Shown here in pieces: positions 13,936 through 26,000 of a stretch of DNA of 64,000 nt; within the stretch, counting starts at the first letter, position 1, and the number at the start of each line of letters is the position of its first letter. The notes under the pieces were generated by a model. It saw only the letters and a list, made by a program, of their open reading frames with translations, was not told the DNA's origin and did not search any database. The stretch is taken from NCBI GenBank assembly GCA_043228905.1, contig JBHGNT010000011.1:18476001-18540000 (forward strand), in the 5' to 3' direction. This stretch comes from Azolla caroliniana. Taxonomy: Eukaryota > Plantae > Polypodiophyta. Both the position numbers and the translations under genes were made by a program.

Positions 13936-14246
13936 GAGAGAGAGAGAGAGAGAGAGTTAGCTTAGTTAACAAGGCTACCAAATGGAGACCGGAAAGGTCA
14001 TGGGTTCAACCCCCACGTTCCACAATGGGATCCATGAAATTAAGAGATATGTCTATGGAGTAATAGAGACTCGTGAGACAACTAGTGTAAAATAATAGTT
14101 TAAGAACTTAACATTAGGGTACTTGGTGGAGAGGTGTTTTTGAGCAAGGGCATTGGTGGGAATAACAAAAACCTCAGGGCCACAAAAGACACTCAAATTG
14201 GGGGGGGGTCAGAGAGAGGATTATAATTTGTTTGGCTGGCCACTCC

Positions 14247-17200
14247 ATGGGGATATGGCAGAGGAGCCTCTGCTTCTCCCCCTTCTCCTCCACAGCACCA
14301 TTGATCCTTGCCCCTACTCATACGCCCAACCTTTTCAAGCCCATCATCTCCTGTAGGTTGGATGATGCAGCCAAACAAACGGTAAGCCCTCCGCAAATTC
14401 ACAGTTTTCTCTATCTTTAGGATTAGGATGAAGGTCAAGGTCAAGGTTAGGTGTAGACTTACTATCTCCGGTCAGGGTTAGGGTTATGTTACTACATCTC
14501 TTTAGGATTCAGTATCAGGGTTAATATATATATCAGGGGTAGGGTCAGGGATCGGGTTTGTATCCCACATTAGGGTTCTAGCTCAGGATTAGTATATGTC
14601 ATTTTAGAGCTAATGTATCTGTATAGAGCTTAGCATTAGGGTAAATTTTAGCTTATCCTATGTGGTTGGGGTAAGGGTTCCTCTATCTCACCTATTAGGG
14701 TTTAGGGTTAATGGTTAATCGCTCTGATTAGTGCTAGGGTTTAAATATCTTCCATTAGAATTTAGGATAATAAAATATCATTAGCAATATGATCAAAATC
14801 TCTCATTAGGGATCCTTCATGTAAATGCTTTGGTTAATAGCTTGTTTTATGTTACATCATTGCCTTGTGTGATAAGTTTCAACTCCTCTTGCTGTGTCTA
14901 GGTTGATTTCTTTGTGAGGGATGGGATGCTAGTAGGGTTGGGCACAGGATCTGGATCTTCGGCTGCCATCTCTTACATTGGTCAGAAGCTCAGTAATGGA
15001 ACCCTCCGAGATGTTGTCGGAGTTCCCATGTTAGTATTCTTATTTCATTTTCTCCGTACATTCTTATGTCTTTCAGAAAAATGAATCTTCATTTTCGGCT
15101 TACAATATGCTATCAAAAGAAAGTACTTGGAAAGAAAAACAGAGAACATATTAATGGACCCACCAAGGTTTTGTTTTGATCTAGCGCGCATCATACACAC
15201 ACATGAATAAATCTTGTTAGAAATATTGAGAATTGATTGGATAGAGATGTATATATGAAAACAAAATTTCTAGTACATACGAGAATAGTGCACAATGGTA
15301 GTCCACCCATGAACTCACACCTTAGTGCTTAGATGGGATTTGGACCAATCGACTACAAAATTAGTGGGGATAGGAAATAGTCACAGATGTAAGAGATAGA
15401 GAGAGTGGATTATATTCTTTATTCGGTCTCAGTGTCACATTAAATGTGTAGGTTAGTTGATAGTGGGGATATTCCTTCTCTGTCAACTAACTTGTCATTT
15501 AATATGACTCAGCTCCCTAGATACAAGCTAGTGGGAATTTTCGACCATGCATAGTTTCACGAAAGCTCAGGCATAGGTTTTTTACATTGGAGAATTGGAC
15601 ATGTATTTATTATACTCTTTCCCTTCAAAGAGCTATATATATTTGGCTTGTAATATGCCATCTCAAAATGTACATTTAAGAACTTGAAAAGTAGTGGTAA
15701 GACAAAGTAATCCACAATATGGAGTATAGATGATATACACAAATTTAAAACACAATTGAAAATTCATCTATTTTGTTTTCTGTGCACAAATCACAACAAT
15801 CATTTATGACAACCAAATTCACATTCATATGTTTTACTATTATTATTAGAGTCTATATCTATGGGTCTATGATGATTATGGTAAGGAGTATTGTGTTTAT
15901 AGATAGCTTAGATATGTGTAAGTACATCAAAATGCTTTGAATTAATTTAATATATGAAAATAGTGCTGTGCTATTTTTGAAGATCATCAATGGTCATTCC
16001 TAGAAAGAGTTCCAAATAGTGGGGGATAGGTTTTTTGGGTGGACTTTTATCCATGTGATCATTACACATCACTGATTGTGTTGAGTTGGCTTATGCTACG
16101 TTTCCTTCTCTGGCTCAATCAGTGATCCATAAAGGATTCTATATGAAAACCATGAGTAAAACTCCATGATATAATGGCGTGCTGTAATACAATTATTTGG
16201 CTTCATAAACTAGGCCCTTCTCCAATCTTATGTTGGTGTTATTTGAGATCTATTTCTCACTAAGCAGGTCAGGTTCAAGTGCGGTAGATGCTGCAAAAGC
16301 TGGATTACCACTTCGTTCATTTGAAGATAACCCAAAGGTAGGAAATCATGCATGTTGATATTTGATTTCGATAGAGTTTTCTCCTCTTTTCTAACCAAGT
16401 AACTTACTGCATGAGGACTTGGACTTTTTGGATGATGGAAGCTTTCTTTTCCAATTTTATAGACAATGAGGTAATTTGTTTGAAAGAAATAACTATGGTT
16501 GTCTTCCATTGATGGATTCAACATCATGCATTACTTCATGTGTGTGAACTCCCCCCGAAAACCAATTTTCATGTCTTATAGCTCGAACAATGGAAGAAAA
16601 ATAACATGAAAACACTCTTAAATACGTTTAAAAAAATACAAAAGATTAAGATTACCACAATAGAGCTTGAATGAGATATAGGTATAATGTTGTGTAAAAT
16701 GCGCGTGCTTGTGCTACTTAGCAGGTCCATGATGAACTAGGGAGGACGTGATGATGTGAGAAGACTTAACATCCCTAATGGGTTTCCCTCATGTAATCTC
16801 TTTTTTCAAGAATTAGCCCTTCCACCTAACGAGGCTCTAGGAACTCAGAGTTGAGGAGCCCTCAGGGTTGAGTTGAACAAACCTCAGAGTCAAGTAATTC
16901 TTTCTCCTCACCGGCCCTCGACTCGACTAAGCTCTCACTCTCTCTCTTTCTTTCTTTCTTTCTCTCCCTCTCGTCAAAGTGGCGCTTGCTTAAGCGGTCA
17001 GCATAGGATTAGGGCTAAGTACACCTGCTTTATACACCAAGACCAATATTAAGACCCAAAATTCTAGTCCTTTACAAGCAAATCCCTTTACAGAATAGGG
17101 TTTACAACATGATTACAAGACAATCATGATAGTGAGTATGAGAAGTGTTTACAATGGTGGTAACAAAGGTTAGGCTAGTTTAGCTAACGACGATGATCTA

Positions 17201-18077
17201 AATGTTGTGGTCTTCGACGATCCCACCTACTATTAACCACATTGCCTCTTGTTGATGTGGGGTACTTCATGTCGCTTCGAGCATCCGTCCTCGACCAATG
17301 AATTGAACCGTCTCTGAACTTCTTTTTGCTATGCTCACCCAACATGTTATGATAGCTAGGTGAAGGAGAAGAAATCCCAAAACAAAATAAGAAGAAGATA
17401 AAGGAGAGATCTGGTCTAAACTCCACTCTCACACTTAACACCCTCCCAACCCTAAACTCCAAGTAAGAAGAAGAAAAAGATGAAATCCTAAACTCACAAA
17501 ATAAAAGACCTCTCCCAACTTTCAAACACCCCAAAATACCAAAAACAACCCGAAGAGTCCTCCTTGCCCCTGTTTATAGTGAGAGAGGCGCTTACCAACC
17601 GCATGTAATGCTCACCTACACCTATTTTATAAAAAATATAAAAGGTTAGCTTCCTTATGCATTGTCTAGGACTTGAACTTTGCTGCCCTTTTTCCCACAA
17701 TTGTTAACCTTAACCATTTGTCTATAAACCTTTCCTTATTATATTAATGTTTTCATATATACATATTTACATTTTTGTGGCTGTCCCTTTTTTTCCTTTT
17801 TGTCTATATTTTACCTTTGGACTTGCCACATCACGACAACAATGTCGTGAAGTTACACACACGTGTGTGAAAATTGAGCGGGACTAACGAGGACTTGAAC
17901 TAGATCGGATGGGTTGATTCGAGTCGTAGCTTTTGGCCATTGGAAAAGTTCCACTTTGGCACTTTTGTACGTATGAAGATGTATTGATGATGTAGGTTAG
18001 GCAAGTTAGAGTATTTTTTTTATTTTGTTATAATTAACTGATATTTATATATATGATTTTACTTGTTTGTTTATAAG

Positions 18078-18109
<32 letters not shown>

Positions 18110-21100
18110 TTTATGTGTTTATATATACATGTTAAGAATGTATGCATATGCTTCTAACCCATACACTTAACGTATTCAAATATACATGTTATATATATGT
18201 ATATATATATATATATATAAATAAATAAACACATAAAATCATATATATATAAGTATATAGAAATATCAATTAACTACAAGAAATTATATAAAACTGTAAC
18301 TTGCATAACCTACATCATCCATATACCTAAGAGAGATTATTACAAGTGCTGGAAGTGACGACTCAAATCAACCCATCCTCTCTAGTTCAAGTCCTTGGTG
18401 GTCCTGCTCAATTTTCACATACACGCACGTAACTTCACGACACCATTGTCGTGATGTGATGGGTCCATAGGTAGAAATGGGGAAAAAGGGGATAAAGGGA
18501 CAATCACATAAATGTGAACATGTACATGTGAAGACTATAATATATTAACAAAAAGAAAATAGTTAAATGGTAAGGCTATAAATTGTGTAAAATGAGTGTG
18601 GAGGTCAAGTTCTAATCGGCACATAAAGGAACTATCTTTTATATATTTTATGGAAGAGGGGTAGGTGAGCATTAAATGCATTTGGTGGCGCCTCTCTCAC
18701 TATAAGAAGGGGATAAGAGGGCTCATTTTAGTGTTTGAGTTTTGGAGGTTTGTATTTTTTTGTTTTTAGTGTGTCTTTTTCGTCTTTTTCTATTTTTTCT
18801 TGCATCTTAGGGCTGTTAGGGTGTAGAGTGGGAGAGGGGAGTTGGACACCTCTCCATCTTCTTCTCTTCTTGTTTTGGGCTTTTCTTTACCGGCAACAAG
18901 CCATCACAACATGCGGGTGTGTTTGAGGGAAGAATGGAGTTTGGCTACCGATAGAGGAAGGAAGCTCAAAGTACCATGAGGACATTACATCAACAAGAAG
19001 GTGGCGTGCCATTGGTCATAGACGAGGCCTCGTCGATACCACAAAGCTTGGATCTTCATTGTTAGCTTAACCAGTCTACCCTCATTACTATTGTTGTAAA
19101 CACTACTCATAATTACCTTTGTGATTATTTTGCCATTAATGATGAAAACCGTAAAAATAAAAAGGGATTTTCTTGTTGAAAAACTTCTGTTTCGTTCTTA
19201 ATCAAGGTTCGTTGTTTTTAATTGGTGCCATTGTGGTGTGAGAGAGAGGATGGGTAAGAGTGTAACGTAGCATCGGCTAGCGAGCCCTCGACATGAATCG
19301 AGATTAGCCCTAACCTTGTTTTTAACTTGTGCCATTGTGATGTGAAAGTGAGAGAGAGGGTGAGTGAGAGTGTAACGTGGTGCCGGCTAGCGAGCCCTTG
19401 ACTCAAGTGAAACCTCGACACTGCTATCTTAGATAAAGGGGAATTTACATGAGACAACCTACGAGGGGTTTTTAAGTTTTCTCTCATGACATCTCGTCCT
19501 GTTTGGTCTAGGTTTGCCACAGTCCCGCTTGAGTAGCATGTGCATGTGCATTTATGCGGCAATGAGAGATCTTGATTGATAGTAAATGTGGATGCAAAGA
19601 ATGAGTGGTGTCTATTATGTTTTAAATTTATACTAGAATGTTGTATGATGAAATATAGATGTGAAAAAGATCGATGAGGGACATCGCTAATCTCTTTTTC
19701 ACAAAATTAGGGAATCACATATTGCCAAAGCATGTCGATATAATTCTGAGAAAGATCAAACATTTTTCAATATGTAAGTGTTAGAGGCAAACCTTTAAAA
19801 ATAAAAATGGAAAAGTATGTTCAATGGTAGCATTTATTTAGTTCTAGATCTATAACAAGTGTAGCTTAGGATATTCATAATGCAGGAAGGACGAGACTAG
19901 ATTTATGCCAAATATCTCAATTGTAGATTAGTACATACCATTGAGGAACTTGGAGCTTGGGCTCAAGAATCATAACCTCACAATTTGAGAAGAAATGTTA
20001 ATGACAAGTAAATCATGGTTTAGGCATAAGAAAGAGGCAATTGGAGAGCTTGAGATAAAAAACAAGATAAATCAAAGGGGTTACATCCTTGATCTTGCAC
20101 GTATTGGTTACTTAATTGTTTCTTGACCTAGACAATCACTTTTGGTTATTGATTGTAGAGTTGGGTATCTATATGGGCTTTGTATTCTCCTCTTCAAGTT
20201 TGCATTGAGAGAGAGGCTAGTTTGTTGTTTCCTTGAGTTTCAAAATGTGTTATTATGCCTTCCCACTAAACTACCTAGAAGATCAATCGGTTTGTAATAT
20301 TGACCCATCTACATTTTTTCCCATTAAACTTTACTCCCCCTTCAATAACTTTAAGAATGTTGTGTGTTGTTTGCCTAACTGAGTCACACCCAACTGGGTT
20401 GGAGCTTTTGTAACTAGGATTTACTATGTAGATCTTAGTTATATATGTGCTGGATAATCAATAGCATATACGTTTACGAGAGTTAAGACTCTAGATATCC
20501 CAGGCTTGATAAAGTGAGAATTTGTAATGAAAATACCTTATTTGACTCCCCTCAACTCCATCATGACTTATGAAACGGTGATTATGCTAAAAGCCAATAA
20601 AAGGCTAATGCTTTGTAAGATCCTCATTTATCAATCCTCTGTGTGTGTGTGTGTCTCTCTCTCTCTCTCTTCTTGCTCTCTTTGGTATCCCACCCCAGTA
20701 AAGGGGGGTTGGGCCCAATGCTAACATCTCCGTTAACACCAATGACCACTAGGATGAACCACATTCTTTGGATGCCGAGAGGATACCAATGGGGATAATG
20801 ATGGCATTTCAACACCGGACGATTGCATAGTAAGATGTATGCAATGATTTTGGTTATGAGCCAACATCAACGATGGTGATGGTGGTGGTATTGCTACTAC
20901 TTGATGAGCATGAAGTAATGGAAAGAGCCGATGAAGAAGTGCAAATTGATCTTTTTGATCTCCCACATCGTATGATATTATTATAAGAGTATACACTCCT
21001 TAGCAAATGAGCAAATGAATATGCTCACAATGGAGCCCATAACAAAGAGTGATAGTGGACCCAAGTTGATAGGTGATAGCGAAGCAATAGTGGATAGTTG

Positions 21101-23048
21101 TGCAAATCCAATAATGGATTGTAGGCAATGGATGGAGGAAGAGAATGAAGATGAATGGACCAAACGACGATATAGAGCAGGAGAATTCCATTGGATGTGG
21201 GAAATCTTTAAAGGAACAATTGATGTGGACATATGGTCTAAGGATAGGGCATTTGATATCATGTAAGTGGTCCATAGAAGCTTTGCCATGAGTGGGACAA
21301 GTTTTATTTGTCTAATTGAGGCGCACAATTGAGTTAGAGCTTTTGTAACTAGGTTTTTCTATGTAATTTTTAGTGACCTATGTACTTGGCAAATAATAGC
21401 GTATACTTTTATAAGAGTTAAGGCTCTAGATATCCCACTCTTTAAATTGAGGCTTTGTAATGAATACACCTTTCTAGTACTGAAACCATCCACATCCACG
21501 TCCACGTCCACATCCACGTTCACATCCACGTCCACATCCACGTCCACATCCACGTCCACACCCACGTCCACATCCACGTCCACATCCACGTCCACACCCA
21601 CGTCCACATCCACATCCACGTCCACATCCACATCCACATCCACATCCACATCCACATCCACATCCACATCCACATCCACATCCACATCCACATCCACGTC
21701 CACGTCCACGTCCACGTCCACATCCACAGCCACATCCACATCCACAGCCACAGCCACAGCCACAGCCACAACCACAGCCACATCCACATCCACACCCTCC
21801 ACCTGTTGTTTGTGATCTGCTTCTAGTAGGCTTGAGGCTTGCGTGGCTTGGCCATCGCATTTAATTATCCCACTTCCTTGTTATGTGTTTTACTCCTTTC
21901 TTTGCAGAGAAATGTGGAATTTAGTATCAAGGAGTCCAGAAGCTTAATTGGCTTAATGTAGTATAGTATTGCTATTCATGGATGTATTAGCTACACTAGG
22001 TTAATTCGAGTTTTCTTCCTTAAAAACACTTGAACCCTTTTTAGATGTATCATACATGCATGCGTTGGAGGCATTTTGGATAGCTGGTACATAGTCTTAT
22101 TAAAATTTGAGAAGTTTCTATTAGTTTTTAACACCTACTTGCCATATAAGTGAAGGTGCATGGTTTTTTTTGCCTTTGACTTGTTGTATATCCTAAGCTT
22201 TTATGCATGAATAGCTGATACTATGAATTGTTCTTTGTGATTTGAAAGAAAGTATAAATTCACTTCAAAAAATTGCAAGTGAGAGGAACTTCTTCCTGGA
22301 ATTGTCTATTCTATGTTTTGTATGTGTAAATAACTGTAAGCGTATTTTTAAGGTAAGATTGTTAGAAATATTGAGAATCGATTAAATATAAAGAGTTACA
22401 ATCATAGAGATAGATATATGAAAAAAAACTTTCTATTACTTATGAGAGTAGCTCACAATGTTAATTCACCCATGCGCTCACACCTTAGAGCTTAGATGGG
22501 ATCTGAACCAACTCACTACAAAATTAATGGGGACCGATAATAGGTACAACCATTGTGCAAGAGAGTGGATTATATTCTCTGTTTGGTGTGAGTGTAACAT
22601 AAATGTGTAAGTCAATTGATAGGAGTGGAGATATTCCTTTTTTGTTAGCTGACTTGTCATTTAATATGACCCAACTCCCTAGATACAAGCTAGTGCTAGA
22701 TACTTTTGACGACCGTTTTGACTATTTTTTGCAAATTTAACCGTATATGAAGGTTAATTTGAAAATGAAACCGCCAATCTTGACGGGCATATATTTTATA
22801 AAAACGTAAAAATAAAGATTTAAAATTTGTTAATACTGTCAAATTTTGTTGAGGCCAAAACAATAGTACATGCATTAGTAGTTACAAATTACAATTCATA
22901 GGCTATAGAATATAGTTTTATTTGAGAAAGGTAAATGTGTAAACATATGTTACGTGATGTGATAAAGGAGAAGAAGTGCTCGGACATATACATAGTGTGA
23001 AAATAAACTTAGGGCTTCTTTTATTTTCAACCCAATCCTGTCTTTTGT

Positions 23049-23080
<32 letters not shown>

Positions 23081-26000
23081 TCGCTTGCCTCTACTTCTTT
23101 CTTGATTTCTCTCTCACTCTCTCCCTTGCTTTCATCAAGTTCTTTGCTTTGATAAAGTTGTACTTTGTTCTTTCTTTCTTTCTTTCTCACTCTCTCTCTC
23201 TCACACAAGTTATAATTGATAATTGATGGAATACATCCACAACTTTGCAACTTTACATCTCTACTTCTCTTCAGTAAGTGATCTCTCTTTCCTTTCTATG
23301 ATATTGTGTCTTTGTGTTATATATTTTTTAGCAAAATATATAAAAAATAATCTAGTTCAAGACAAATTATACAAGATGTTAAATGTTCCATAAAAAATCA
23401 AGGAATTTAATAATATAATAGATATTTTTAATTATGACTACTTCTCTTATGTTATGTGATAATTAATTAGGTACTTAGATAAGGTTTTGGGTTTTGGGTT
23501 AGAGGAGTGCATCTACAACTTTGTACCTCAACAAGTACTCAATGTGTTATCTCTTTTACTCTTTCCGGTAACATACACGCCCTCTCTTTATTGTTTTAAT
23601 TGAAAGAAAGTTTTGTGGGGATTTTAATTAATATTTGGTTTAATGTTAACTTAAATATTGTCATGTTTTTAAAGTATTTTACAAAATATCTTTGTTTAGT
23701 TTTCACTTAGAAAGAATTCTTTGTTCTATTAATTCTTGTCCTCTATCAAATTCTTTTGTGTTTGTAAAATGTTCTCTATCCATAATTTTACATGATCCAT
23801 TTTTTATTGTTAAGCATAATTATGGTTCCCAAAAGCAAAAATCAACGGACCATTAGTGCAATGTTTGCATAGAAACCACAAAATGATACAAATGAGATAA
23901 ATATAAACAATGATTTAAATGAGGATATGGAATTGTTTGGGACTTATTTAGAGAGTTTAACTCAAGAGAGTTGTTCCTCTAAAATAACCAAAGAAAAGCC
24001 TAAAAGAAAATTTCGTGATACATGGAGAGATAATTTCCCATGGATACAATGCATTATGCAAGGAGAGAAAACATTGATGAAATGTAAATGGTGTGAGAAA
24101 TATGCTAGTCTTGGGCCTTGGGGTGCTGGTTATGACGGTTTGTCAAAAAAATTGGCCCTCAAAAGTAAATACATTGAATATTCGTACTAAACAATATATT
24201 ATACCCTTCTATCCATCTTTACAAATTTTATATACACGATCCGATTGTATTTCTTCAATGTGTGGCCCATTCAATGAGACTCACATTAAATAATCTAAAT
24301 GTTTTATATTCAATTGATTTCTTTAAATCTCTTTGATGAGATTTTGCTTAGAGAACCACACGAAACCTTTATTTTGCAAAACATAAGCCAAGCTTCATGC
24401 ATAGTATAGCCTTCACAATTTAAACATAAAGTGTCAACAAACCTGTAGAGTTCCATTTCACAAGCCTTTGTATCATGACCTTATTTTTACGAGCAAATTG
24501 TTGTCATTTGACGAGCAAATTTTTTGGAATACCGTTCTTATAACATGTCAAAATTGCATCAAGTTGCAACGTAATACACTGCAAGGCCCAAGACTAGCAT
24601 ATTTCTCACACCATTTACATTTCATCAATGTTTTCTCTCTTTACATAATGCGTCGTATCCATGGGAAATTATCTCTCCATGTATCACGAAATTTTCTTTT
24701 AGGCTTTTCTTTGATTATTTTAGAGGCACAACTCTCTAAATCAGTCCCAAACAATTCCATATCCTCATTTAAATCATTGTTTATATTTATCTCATTTGTA
24801 TCATTTTGTGGTTTCTATGCAAACATTGCACTAATGGTCCGTTGATTTTTGCTTTTGGGAACCATAATTATGCTTAACAATAAAAAATGGATCATGTAAA
24901 ATTATGGATAGAGAACATTTTACAAACACAAAAGAATTTGATAGAGGACAAGAATTAATAGAACAAAGAATTCTTTCTAAGTGAAAACTAAACAAAGATA
25001 TTTTGTAAAATACTTTAAAAACATGACAATATTTAAGTTAACATTAAACCAAATATTAATTAAAATCCCCACAAAACTTTCTTTCAATTAAAACAATAAA
25101 GAGAGGGCGTGTATGTTACCGGAAAGAGTAAGAGAGATAACACATTGAGTACTTGTTGAGGTACAAAGTTGTAGATGCACTCCTTTAACCCAAAACCCAA
25201 AACCTTATCTAAGTACCTAATTAATTATCACATAACATAAGAGAAGTAGTCATAATTAAAAATATCTATTATATTATTAAATTCCTTGATTTTTTATGGA
25301 ACATTTAACATCTTGTATAATTTGTCTTGAACTAGATTATTTTTTATATATTTTGCTAAAAAATATATAACACAAAGACACAATATCATAAAGAGGAGAT
25401 CGAGATCACTTACTGAAGAGAAGTAGAGATGTAAAGTTGCAAAGTTGTGGATGTATTCCATCAATGATCAATTATAACTTGTGTGTGAGAGAGAGGGTGG
25501 GAAAGAACAAAGTACAACTTGATCAAAGCAAAGAACTTGAGAAAGAAAGACAAAAAGAATTACAACTTGATGAAAGCAAGGGAGAGAGTAAGAGAGAAAT
25601 CAAGAAAGAAGTAGAAGCAAGTGGAGAGACAGGAATGTGTAAACATAACATATGTTTACACATTTACCTTTCTCAAATAAAACTATATGCTATAGCCTAT
25701 GAATTTTAACTACTAATACATGTACACTACTGTTTTGGCCTTAGCAAAATTTGATGGTATTAACAAATTTTAAACCTTCATTTTTATGTTTTTATAAAAT
25801 ATATGCCCGTCAAGATTGACAGTTTCATTTTCAAATTAACCTTTATATACGGTTAAATTTGCCCAAAACAGCTGTCAAAAGGCAACACTAGATAGTACTT
25901 ATCTTAAAGTCAATGACATATACTTCAAGACTAAGTATATCGTAAATTGCCCACAAAATATTTTTCTAGTTGACTTAATTAGTCAATCCTATTAACCTAC

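Noticed and set aside
13957-14020. tRNA-like A/B boxes as a tRNA gene
   Set aside because: No acceptor stem or cloverleaf can be built; at most this is a SINE relic.
21359-21860. ORFs of poly-VD, poly-ST, poly-GC and poly-WM
   Set aside because: They are translations of a hexamer microsatellite inside an intron.
22691-25890. CACTA element, because of the TAGTG/CACTA words at the ends
   Set aside because: The orientation is the reverse of CACTA termini (it starts TAGTG and ends CACTA), and the internal TTF-type zinc finger points to hAT.
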